Below the pieces are notes generated by a model that was not told the DNA's origin, ran no database searches, and saw only the letters and a list, made by a program, of their open reading frames with translations. Source: Podarcis erhardii (Eukaryota). From it: a DNA stretch of 64,000 bases. The translations under genes were made by a program, and so were the position numbers. The stretch is taken from the NCBI GenBank assembly GCA_964252035.1, contig OZ176205.1; one strand, 5' to 3'. Positions 37,790 to 48,365 of this stretch are shown in pieces (position 1 is the first letter of the stretch; each line of letters begins with the position of its first letter).

Positions 37790-38850
37790 AATTCCACATT
37801 TAAAATAAATGCAACACATTAAATGATAAAATAAAACTATAAAGTGACAAGATAACAAAAGCAAACTGCAGCATCGGATAGCAGTGTACAACAAGGCAGG
37901 AGATGAGAAGACATCCATGCAGCCAATAAGTTGGGTAAAGAGGTGCATCTTCACCAATCATTGAAAAGCATACAGTGAAGGTGTAAGATGCCACTCAGAG
38001 GAGAGGTCATTCTACAACCCGGGGGCTACCAGAGAGAAGGATCTCTTGAGCACCTCTGATCCTCAAACCACAGATGGGGGTGGCAATACCAACACAGTAG
38101 CCCCTGCTGTTCTTAATACCTGATCAGGTTGGTGTGAGGGGAAGCATTATTTCAGATATTTGGGGCCCAAGTCATTAGGGCTTTCTAAGGCAATGTTAAT
38201 ACCTTGAATTGGATTCAGTAGCAAATTGGTAACTGGTGCAAAGCTTTCAAGAACAGCATAATATATATCCAGGCAGAGACATTCACCAACAGCTTTGCAG
38301 CTGCATTCTGCACTTGCTGCAGCTTCCAAACTCTCTTCAAGGGCAGCCCCACGTAAAGTGGTGGTAATGGTGCAATCTGTAAGTTATCAGAAAATGGATT
38401 ACTGTGGCCAAGCTATCCCTACCCAGGAAGAGCCATAGACAGTGAACCAGCCAGAACTGGAAATAGGCACTGCTAGGCACGTAGGCCTCAGGTGACAATA
38501 AGTACACCCCCCACAAGCTTTGCACCTGTTTCTTCCATGAAGTGCAACCTCATCCAGAACTGGCTGTCTCCCAGACTTTAGAACCGGAAATGCATAGTGC
38601 CTTTGACTTGTCTAGATTCCGTTTCAATTTATTGGTCCACATTCAGCCTATTACTGCCTCTAGGCAATAGTTAAGCACCTGTACTGCCTCTCCTCATTCA
38701 GATGGAATAGAGAGATAGAGCTGGATGTCATTAGCATACAGGTGGCAGCTTACTCAAAATTCCCATATGATATCTGTTAGTGGGTTTGTATAGATGTTAA
38801 AGACTATGGAGGACAAAACTGAACCCTGGGAAACACACAAGTTAGCTTTC
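37790..38850 (-). mobile_element. Degenerate L2 LINE (RT domain to 3' end)
   Basis: Minus-strand relics VSQGSVLSSIVFNIY...HLYANDIQLY (RT GVPQGS / YADD), LATVIHFLITYRL (L2 L.TVIHALVTSRLDY) and AFSLVAPGL; many stops and frameshifts. Confidence 0.8.
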
Positions 38851-39399
38851 AAGGCAGAAAGCAATGGTCCTTCATTGCTGCTTTCTGAAAATGGACTTGG
38901 AGGAATAATTATAACAGTGCCCCCCAGTTCCCAAACTCTGGAGCCACTTGATGATCAACAATATCAAAATCCACTTAGAGATCAGAGGGAAGAAATAAGT
39001 TTGCACTTCCGTTTTCTGACAAAGTTCACCAAGGGAATTTCAGTGCCCTATCCTAGCTTAATCCACATCTTCCAAGCATGCTGACAATTGGATCACCACC
39101 ACCCTCAAGCAATTTGCCCCCAAAGTGCATTTTGGTGACTGAGCAATAGCTGTTCAACATTTCTGGGTCCATGGAGGTCTTATTGAGAAGAGGGCACACC
39201 ACCATCTCCTTAAGGACCAATGGCTCCATAATGAAGCATTTACCATTCCCTAACAACAAAGCTTCAGCTAACTTCAGCTCACTGTGGAATAAACTTGGAG
39301 GGATTCAATTTGTACTCCTTCCCAGCCCATAAATCCAACATCATGGGCCAATATAAAGTAGGACTAACCTAATCTTGAAATCATTTCCCTCCAATCATG

Positions 39400-40253
39400 T
39401 GGCATTACCCAGGCATTCTTATTGAGATCTTCAAACTTGGATCTAATTATAATCAACGTATATATACCCCCTTGCCCCAACCAGCAGACATTGGTGGGCT
39501 ATTGGAACCAACTCACATCACTTTTGGAAAAACTGGAGACCAAATTCCCTAACATTGAACTGCTAATTGCAGCCAATTTCATTTTATTTATGTATTTATT
39601 TATTTATTTAGGATTTGATATCCCGCTTTATCACTACCTGAAGGAGTCTCAAAGCGCTAACATTCTCCTTTCTCTTCCTCCCCCACAACAAACAATCTGT
39701 GAGGTGAGTGGAGCTGAGAGACTTCAAAGAAGTGTGACTGGCCCAAGGTCACCCAGCAGCTGCATGTGAAGGAGCGGAGACGCGAATCTGGTTCCCCAGA
39801 TTATGAGTCTATTGCTCTTAACCACACCACCACACTGGCTCTTTCAATTTCAATGCAAGAGTGGTTAAAGACAATTTTTAGCTTGCAAGAGAACTGGGTT
39901 CCGACACTGAGGATCACCTGCCTGAGCTTCTCTCTGGCATACAACATTCCAAAGACACCTATATCAATGATGCCGGAGTTTGCCTTGCCAAGTTGTGTGT
40001 ACATTTCGACAGAGTAATCCTGAATGGTTCCTTACCAGGTGACCAGCTTGGGGAGTTCACATTCGTCTCCAGGAGAGCAAATAGCATGATCAACTACATC
40101 TTAGGCTCCTCTGCTCTGATAAACCAGGTTGAAATCTTTCAGGTGGGAGACTGCATCAAGAGCAATCACCTCCCTGTGGTGCTTTATCTCAGAGTATCTT
40201 TGGAACCAACAGCTTTTCACCCTGCCTGCCAGCACACAATTGATCTACCTTGA
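39400..40253 (+). pseudogene. Non-LTR retrotransposon APE endonuclease relic (clade uncertain), interrupted by a SINE
   Basis: Motifs IINVYIPP, LLIAANF|NAR (GDFNAR), N.AG..L..LC...VILNG, FTFVSRRANSMINY (S.IDY), SNHLPV (SDH.P). Confidence 0.8.
39582..39844 (-). mobile_element. tRNA-derived SINE (Squam3-like), (TAAA)n tail
   Basis: Full-length body matching 19085-19332; 8-bp TSD CAATTTCA at 39574-39581 and 39845-39852. Confidence 0.9.
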
Positions 40254-40656
40254 AGGACAATTGTGCAATGAAGGTCATAAGCAGACTCTCCTATCCTGCT
40301 CCTAGCATTAAAGGAATTTACAATACACTTCTGAGACAATCTCCTCCATTCAGCAGGGCTGTGCAGAGGGGCAATACATCAGCAACATCCCTACTCTGTC
40401 TGTCAGACCCAACACCAGGAACAATCCTGAATCACAGAGCAATGGAATCTTTGTGGATGACAACTCCCTGCTCCCATCTCACTGGCCTGGTGCTGCACTG
40501 AATACCTCCCCAGTTTATTCACCCAGGTGTCAGTAAAACATGCCAGGTTGGTCCCCTCATATATGATTAAACTGTGGGTGATAAATTACTTATTTTGGAC
40601 CAACCTGGCTTTCAGTAATAGCACCACTAGACCGGGTGAGAGGTTGATTGTGTGTA

Positions 40657-40898
40657 CAGTGATACCTCGGATTACATACGCTTCAGGTTAGATATGCTTC
40701 AGGTTACAGACTCCGCTAACCCAGAAATATTACCTCGGGTTAAGAACTTTGCTTCAGGATGAGAACAGAAATCGTGCTCCGGCGGCGCGGCAGCAGAGGG
40801 AGGCCCCATTAGCTAAAGTGGTGCTTGAGGTTAAGAACAGTTTCAGATTAAGAACGGACCTCCGGAACGAATTAAGTACTTAACCCGAGGTACCACTG
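40657..40898 (-). mobile_element. Tc1/mariner MITE family A, copy 2 (242 bp, inverted)
   Basis: Reverse complement of 11936-12177 with few mismatches; TA TSD. Confidence 0.92.
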
Positions 40899-43044
40899 TA
40901 TCTCCAAATTCTACTAGCTGGAGGGCAGACCATAAGGAGTGATAGTCTTCACGTAACAACCGCTCCTTCTCTGAACCAGACTTCTCTGCCTTCCAATGCC
41001 ATACCTCCTTCTCCCCATCACAATAGCAGCCCAGACACATCACACTCACCTCTGCTATTGCTTTCAGGGAAGCAACATCATAAAGAGATCAAAGAGCATG
41101 TAAGAGCACAGTTATAAGGCTATGACCACATTGGGTGGCGGAGGCTCATCCAACACACCTGATTCCTATAAGCTACATGGCATTCTTCTTATTCACCCTT
41201 CTTGCTATCTGCACAGCAGCCAAGTGTCAGCCATCTCTGGCCATGCAGCAGTAACTCAGTCCACACTAGGAAATTAATTTATGTCAGCACAGAAACCCCA
41301 GAGTACACCATACCTTGTTTTCTCTCAGGTACTATTTCCCACACAGTAAAGTGCCAAATGAAGAGTGAGTTCGCATTTGTATCAGTGACTGCAAAACCCA
41401 ATGATGTCTTGCATGTGTGGAAAGACTATTATGGAACATCTGCTTTTACTTTAGACTCAATAGAAGCAGTTCACATGTTCAGCTGTGATGTTTTTGAGTA
41501 ATATAGTTGCCTGTGTGAATAAGCCTTAAGAGTACATGAAGTTTATATGTGGGCATATTCCACATTGCTACAGGGAGTTGAACTACATTCAAAGTCGAAA
41601 CAGAATGACGGTATTTTTATTCTAATGAGAACCAAACTTGAACCATAATTGGAACCGTCTTATTGAACCTGAATTGGAGCTAAGACCAAAAAAAAAAAAA
41701 AAAGGTTTTGGATCACTAGTTAAGAGAAGTTCAGCATCTTTTTTTTTTCAAATTAAATATGAAAAATGTTGCTAAAGTCAAGGATAATGTTGTTTTCATT
41801 ATAAAGCATGACTACAAATAACTAATAGACCTCAGAGTGCTACCAGAGGTCTGCCCCACTATAATGAGAATTGAAAGAGATTAGCCCACTAGAGTAAAGA
41901 TGGGGAGGAGGAAGCGAAACTGGCGCAAGATGTACACCGTATGTGATAGCATGCCTCAGGCACTCTCCCCAACAACACCACAACACTGAGAAAGAGGTGT
42001 AATGCTGTCTGATTCCAGGAAGATAGTGGCTCACCAGTTTTACTATACAAACCATTTCCTGTACACACAGCTTAGTTCAGGTATCATCTATCCCCAAATA
42101 CTTTGCTAGCGAATCAAGAGGCAAAAAGCACTGCTTCCCACTCCCACACCTTCCCAGCAGCAGCTCTCCTTAACTGCTCCCTAACAGTACGTTCAATTCT
42201 GATTATTACTATTATATTTTGCTTCACAGGAAGAACGTTGGTTTTAAAAAAGTTAGCGCAAATAAACAAATTGACAGTATTTTCCCCTGGCTTATTTAGT
42301 CACAACCTGGACCCAAACCCTATAAAATGCACCTGAAACTAAAGTTTGAAAGGGCAAATACAAATGCTAGTTTGGCTGTTTGAGCTTCCAGGTTTACGAC
42401 CCAATCCTATGGCTCTTGCAGCACCCAACCAAGCACAATAAATTGGAGATAACTACCTAAGACCACACCAACATTAGCACAACTGATATCAGATGCAGGA
42501 TAGGACACAATTATCATTGTACTAGCACTTTTGCTTGTGCCACTATGCTGGTGGAACTGGCTGAGCCACAACGCTGCATCAGCACAACAGCGTAGGCTGA
42601 TATTACTGAGCCAACATTGTTCTCCTCTGTCAGATATAATACAGCAAGTGTAGAAAAGGAGCACAATCAGGAGCAGGTCACACAGTTGCACCAATAGGAA
42701 TCAGGTTGGGTCATGTTCTATCCCAAGGAGGCCTCTTAGATACTCTGAACTGATCTACATTTGCGTGTCCAGCCTACATCATTTCAGTGGGATAATAGGC
42801 ATAATGGAATTGCAACTGACAGTCAAGTTCAATGGACCTGACATAAGACGTCACTCATTGTAAGCCACACAATATGCTACTAGAAGAACAATTGTTTTGA
42901 TTACCAATCATGGGGTGCAATCTGACACTTACAACCATACTTTCATTCATTATTCGCTTTCCCCCTGTAGCCCCCTACACACCACCAAGAACTGTTCCAG
43001 GTGGACCCCCAACCCTCGGAGCAAAATTTGAGAGTGCATGGAAG

Positions 43045-43232
43045 CAGGGATGCCAACTGGAATAAAATATCGGGGGGGGGGCAGGTGAGTCCCACCCTGC
43101 ATATTGATTACAATAGGTGGTGCACACACACCACCTGAATGTCAATGCCCATCAACTTTGGGGGTGGTGCCCCCGAAAATATTTTATTGGGGGAGGGGCA
43201 AAGGTACCTCAGCCCCTTGGAGTTGGCTCCTA
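43045..43232. mobile_element. Possible hAT-like MITE
   Basis: CAGGGATGCCAACT ... AGTTGGCTCCTA imperfect TIRs; TSD unclear. Confidence 0.4.
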
Positions 43233-43234
43233 TG

Positions 43235-43500
43235 GTTACAGTGACTGCTGTGGCTGTAGAGACCAATATGGGAGAGGATGTTTTGTTGCAGCTGGGGCAG
43301 ATGTGCTGATGCAGGTGGACCATGGTGTTTATCCTTTCTGTGCTCCTCCCAGCGATCATTCCTCCCCTGGTCACTGCTGTGAATACACAACCAGACTGAT
43401 TGCCTCCAGTTGTTGTGGTTGTCTACAAGGTATTCCCCCACAGTAGACTTCAAGTTGACAGCCTTTGTGTCATGTTTGGGCCTGGTGTCTGAAGCCAGTA
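43235..43500 (-). mobile_element. Older RTE-clade LINE C-terminal fragment
   Basis: Minus-strand KHDTKAVN..STVGEYLVDNHNNWRQSV...RNDRWEEHRK and, after a frameshift, ICPSCNK...SHIGLYSHSSHC. Confidence 0.7.
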
Positions 43501-44725
43501 GACTCCTTCGAAAGCAACTGAAATGCAAGTAGACTCTGTTGAAATCAATTATATTTACCTCTATGTAAATATATTTAGCACTGGAGTGTTAAGAGTCTTG
43601 ACTCACCTCTCAGGCCTTTGATTCACCCACCTGACCCATCTACCAACACAAAGACTAGGATATAGGAATTAATGTCTTAACAGGGACAACAAAAATTGGA
43701 ATGTTGGTAGTTTTATTTGCAGCAAAAAAAAAAAGTTTGTCCAGAACTCTCCAACTCTGTTTTGGTGCTGAGGTTCAGCTTTGGAGCATGTTAAATAATA
43801 AAGAAAATGTCTCTGAAAATATATTGTGTGTAACAATTACTGTCCAGCCTTATATATCAACTACTGGGTTTATTCCTACTGACACAAACTAAATGTACTT
43901 TAGGCCTTGGGTCCCAAATGTGGTTCCTGTGGGCACCAGAGTTTTTGAGACTGGTAGCTTGCAAGGGCACTGCTATTTTCTTGTGTTTTCTTTTTCTTTT
44001 TTCACCATTGGTTGGCTGTCTGGAAAGCAAAATGCAGGCATGTAGCCATCCTCTCCTCCCTTTCCCTAGAAGGCCTCTAGCTCTAGGACCCATGTGGGCA
44101 TGTTTTACCTGCTTTGTTTGTGGGTGTTGCCTGCTTTTTCTTTCCTTTGGTGGGGAGCTGGTTTGTTTGATGGTTATTTTTTAAATACTGCTTAGTTTTG
44201 CCTGTTTCAGTCGTGCCGTCTCCTTATTTTGTCTGTGCTTTATTTGTTTTTGGGTGTGTTGGTGTTGCTTATAGCTGTGATATGTGTTTCTGGGTATTTC
44301 ATGGTGCTTACATTATAGGTTTCCAAATGTAACCCAGGCCCAGAAACGGTTGGGAGTCCCTGATTTGGACTTATTTAGCACTTTTGAGTCAACCTACCTT
44401 TCAGAGAGGACAACCTGTCTGGAGTTCATTCCTGGATTCTGTTTCTTACTTATTTTAAAAGGACATGTTGAATTCACTTGATTCTGCAGCTCACTTAGGT
44501 TTGGTGCAGCTCCCATGCCTCATAATGTTTAGAAAACATTTCAATCCACCTATATGAGGGGCATCTAAACACTTTTTGCCCTACTGCCTTTTGTCTTGTA
44601 CACCAGGGCGCCTCTCTTTCTCATTCCTGCACTGGAAATAAGCAGCAATGCTGACAAACCCGCTTTCCATTTTCTCCAAGGTGTAGCAGTAGACACAAGT
44701 CTGGCGGGAGGGCAACGGGGTGGGG

Positions 44726-44727
<2 letters not shown>

Positions 44728-44760
<33 letters not shown>
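44728..44760. repeat. (GA)n microsatellite
   Basis: Seen directly. Confidence 0.98.
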
Positions 44761-44762
<2 letters not shown>

Positions 44763-45665
44763 GAACGTTTTTTCGTTTGCTACAGTCGGAGCAATCTGAC
44801 ATTGACCCTTCAACGTGACCTTGTCTGGGCCGTCTCCTTAGTAACGGAGACCCAGCGAGAGAAAACCTGCAGATCGCCTCCTTTAGCTACCTTTCTACAG
44901 GTCTGATGTCACTATTCCCGGGTAGCAAGGGGTGGGTGGGTGGGGGGCTGTGGAAAAGTAAAGGAATATTCGAGGAAGATATTAGCTATTTTGCTTCGCG
45001 GCGAGGGGAGGAAAAAATAAGATTGTGGCGCGGAGGGCACACTCACTACACGTAGCCTTAACTTTTGGCCCGCCTCCTTTACCCTTCTCTGCGCTGATCT
45101 GGCAAAAAATCCCTGCAAGCTTAAGAGAGAGAGATTAAAAAAAAAAAAAAAAGAAGCGTGTTTGCATCGTTTTGGCGGCTTGGCGTGTATCTAGGGCTAG
45201 AGAAGAGATCTTCAGTGACGTCAAAACCCTATAGGGAGCCCTGGAGATGACAGGGGCTTGGGCGGGAGCGGGGTTTGGGATCGGTACGAAAGGTAGATGC
45301 AGCAATGGCAAAGCAGCAAGAAAAGGGGCACGCGCGCGCCAGCTTGTGCTGGGGGGGGGGGCGCGATTTCCTTTCAAGTGCGCGGCATAAGTTCATGCGA
45401 GCCCCAGGCCCTCCGCGAGAGCAGGCAGGGCCCCGTCCGTTCGTCCGGCAACGCGGGACAGGGAGGCCTGCTGCTGCCCGCCAACAGCATCGGGAGGAAG
45501 AGGCGAGTGGGAGGCGCCCTCGGCGGGACTCGCCCTCCCGCGCAAGGCCTTCCTGCTTTTGCCGGCAACTCGCTGGCGCCTCCTTAAATCTCTGCCGTTA
45601 GAATGTGGGCGGGTGTTTCAAGTCAAAGAGCGCTCAAATGTTTTTCCTTTTCAAAAAAAGCTGAT

Positions 45666-45805
45666 NNNNNNNNNNNNNNNNNNNNNNNNNNNNNNNNNNN
45701 NNNNNNNNNNNNNNNNNNNNNNNNNNNNNNNNNNNNNNNNNNNNNNNNNNNNNNNNNNNNNNNNNNNNNNNNNNNNNNNNNNNNNNNNNNNNNNNNNNNN
45801 NNNNN
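45666..45805. other. Assembly gap (140 N)
   Basis: Run of N inside the CDKN2C promoter island. Confidence 1.
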
Positions 45806-46458
45806 CTGGGCTGCGACCGGCGAAGGGCTCCTGCAGAGGGGGCTGCTTGCTTGCAAAGAGCCGGGCGAAGAGTGGCGACCCCGGCAGGCGCTTTTTGCAG
45901 GAAGCTGCCTTTGCCTCTCCGCAGCCTTTTCCAGAGCGATGCGAGGCAAAGGCTCCTGTCAAAGAAACGGCGGCAGCTCCTGAACCGCCGCCCCCCGGCA
46001 CCTCTCTCTCCCTCGCTGCCGCCCGCGGTTGAATGAAGGCGGGTAAACCAGCAGCGGAGCGACGCCAGGAGAGAGGCGCGGACGCTCCAGAGAAACGGCG
46101 GCGGCGACTCCTCTCCCGCGCGCGCCAGTGCACAGACAGGCTGGAGATCGCTGGCGACCGCCGAGCTCCGCCCGAAGCATGCCGCCGCCGCCGGGTCCAC
46201 AGAGCCCCCGTCGCCCTTGGTCGGGTGGCGCGGAGCAGGGGGGACTCCTGCGCTTCCAGCAACCTCGGGGAAGGGAGGCAGGGAGGGAGGGCAGCCGATC
46301 TGGCAGCTCCGGCTGCGGTTAACTCCTTCGCTGCCGCTGCCTGGAGGAAAGGAAGGTCCTGGGGGCTGGTTTGTGCGACCCCCGCGAGACTACGAGGGGA
46401 GGTTCTTCGGCGGAAAGGATTGCGCGTCGGATCTCGGGCGTCCCCGTTGGAAAGAACG
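45806..46458 (+). other. CDKN2C: CDKN2C non-coding upstream exon of the long transcript (5' boundary unknown)
   Basis: Consensus donor ACG|GTGAGT at 46459 pairs with acceptor CCTTCTGTCAG| at 46815 (357-nt intron). Mirrors the mammalian long-5'UTR CDKN2C structure. The TSS cannot be placed and may lie in or left of the gap. Confidence 0.6.
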
Positions 46459-46815
46459 GTGAGTCCTTTCCTTTTCCCCCCATCTCCGCTTCCCTCCTTC
46501 CCTCCCCGCCTCCACCTTGTTCTTCACCTTCTCTGCTTCTCCTCGCACGTTTGGCTTAGCGCGGCCGTGTTTCTCTGGCCGCGTACTACACTGGCTGCAA
46601 GGGTACATATCAATTTATTTCCCACTGGCCAAGGTCCTCCAGGAGGGGGGGAGCGTTGTGCGTGTTAGAGGTGCAGAGATCTGCTTTTCAAGCGGAGCTG
46701 CAGCAGTGTGCGTCACGTGTGAACCCAAGGGGCGGGCTTTTGGCAAGGAGCTTCTTTACGAGTATTTACTACAAGGTCTACTCCAGAAGATTAACATCCC
46801 CACTCCTTCTGTCAG

Positions 46816-46918
46816 TTTCCGATGCCATGCCCGGCTAAAAAGAGCGATAGTAATAATAATAACAACAATAAAAATTGCAAGCGCAAGTCATCTGCTCGCT
46901 GCCGATCGTCCGCAAGGA
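46816..46918 (+). other. CDKN2C: CDKN2C 5'UTR portion of the first coding exon
   Basis: Follows the acceptor at 46815. Begins TTTCCGATGCCATG, resembling the human exon start as I recall it (unverified). Contains a short AAT/AAC triplet run. Confidence 0.7.
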
Positions 46919-47047
46919 ATGGCCGAACCTTTTGCGAATGAGTTGGCGTCCGCAGCTGCCAGAGGGGACCTAGCGCAACTTATAAATTTGTTGGAAAATA
47001 ATGTAAACGTCAATGCACAAAATGGATTTGGGAGGACTGCGCTGCAG
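46919..47047 (+). CDS. CDKN2C: CDKN2C (p18INK4c) coding exon 1: MAEPFANELASAAARGDLAQLINLLENNVNVNAQNGFGRTALQ
   Basis: Strong Kozak context (G at -3, G at +4). 43 codons closely matching p18 ankyrin repeat 1. Phase-0 donor CAG|GTTGGT. Confidence 0.97.
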
Positions 47048-48056
47048 GTTGGTATCCAGACGGACAGAGGCAATCTTTCGCCACTAGGTGAACTGGTTTG
47101 ACGGGGACGCGAACCGTTTTTAAGAGGGGAGGAAAAAAAAAACACCCAGCATTTTTTAAAAAGCGAGTTGGTTGCCATATTTTATAACTTTAGCGGCTCC
47201 AACTCCCTAAAGTGACGTACTTTAAGTAAAACTGGTCAGTAATGCTTTTTAAGAATTCTCTGTAGACTAACTCGTCCACACGTTAATTCGATTTTTTTTT
47301 TTAAAAAAGAAAAACAACCCTTTTTCTGGGGCAGGGAAGCAAGTGGCGGAGGGGGGAGGGGGAGGGAACGAAACCATCCGGGCTAGGTCGTCTTTCACTG
47401 CAGGTCGGTAAACACCTCCTTTCTATTCTTTGAAATCCCGGTTATATGTTTAGCTTTCTAAAAGCGGGGGTGCTCTCTTGCTGATGGGAGCGAGGTCAGT
47501 GTGGGGCTTCACTCTCCTGCTCTCTTTCCCTCTCTCCCCGCGGTGATCGCTCCCCCCCCCCAAGTTTACTATCTGCACTGCATAGCTAAGATGTACATTA
47601 AAATAGTTGGGCGATCTGAATCTCTGGAAAGACAGTGCCCTGGATTATTATTTTTAAAAGTGTTTTGGTGGATCGCTAAGCGGCGAAGATTTCCTTGCCG
47701 TAGGTACCATCCTTGTATACACCCATTTCCACTGTTTAGATTTAGAGGCGGCAGCTGGAGCCCTTCCAGTTCCTAAAACCCTGGACCCGCTGAAAGATGT
47801 TTTCTTTTAAGAACATCGTATAACGGTGCTGAAAGTGTTACAATGCACGAGGGAAAGAAAAGTGGGGGGACAGTCAAGCAAGAGATGTGGAAACGTAGGT
47901 GAAAGCCTGCGACTGGGTTTTTTTGATGTGTTTTTTTGTGCCAGGCAGAGGATCAAGAGTGCAGTTGGGACTACTGATTAGGTTTCTCAAAGAAAAGGGA
48001 TTTGTGCTTTAAACTACAAAAAGGTGATCCACATGTCTCATATGTTGGTGGGTGCT

Positions 48057-48058
<2 letters not shown>

Positions 48059-48102
<44 letters not shown>
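48059..48102. repeat. (AG)22 microsatellite
   Basis: Seen directly. Confidence 0.98.
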
Positions 48103-48107
<5 letters not shown>

Positions 48108-48334
48108 GAAGCCCCCTTTTGTAAGGGAGTTAAAAAATAATAATAACCCTGCCTGTGAGCTATCTCCCCCCCCCCCCCACTTTACAATTCCTTTCAATAA
48201 TCCTTAAATTATTTCCTTTTCTGAGAGCGATGACAATGCCCAGAGGTCTTCTAGGCTCTTTTTCTTCTACCGACCTACAAATAGGAAAGCTTCAAGGCCC
48301 ACAGGGCCGGGAGGTTGTTGAGTAAAGCAGGGTC

Positions 48335-48337
<3 letters not shown>

Positions 48338-48365
<28 letters not shown>
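48338..48365. repeat. (GT)14 microsatellite
   Basis: Seen directly. Confidence 0.98.

Larger units (their letters stand above)
44700..47500 (+). promoter_or_regulatory. CDKN2C promoter CpG island
   Basis: High CpG density. E2F-type TTTTGGCGG 45170-45178, perfect CRE TGACGTCA 45216-45223, GC boxes near 45260. E2F/Sp1 regulation of mammalian p18 is established knowledge. Confidence 0.85.

Noticed and set aside
45559-46262. ORFs of 100-200 aa crossing the N gap
   Set aside because: Artificially extended through unknown bases.
46517-46918. Apparent N-terminal extension of p18 (194-aa ORF)
   Set aside because: Starts at TTG with no in-frame ATG, and spans the 46459-46815 intron.
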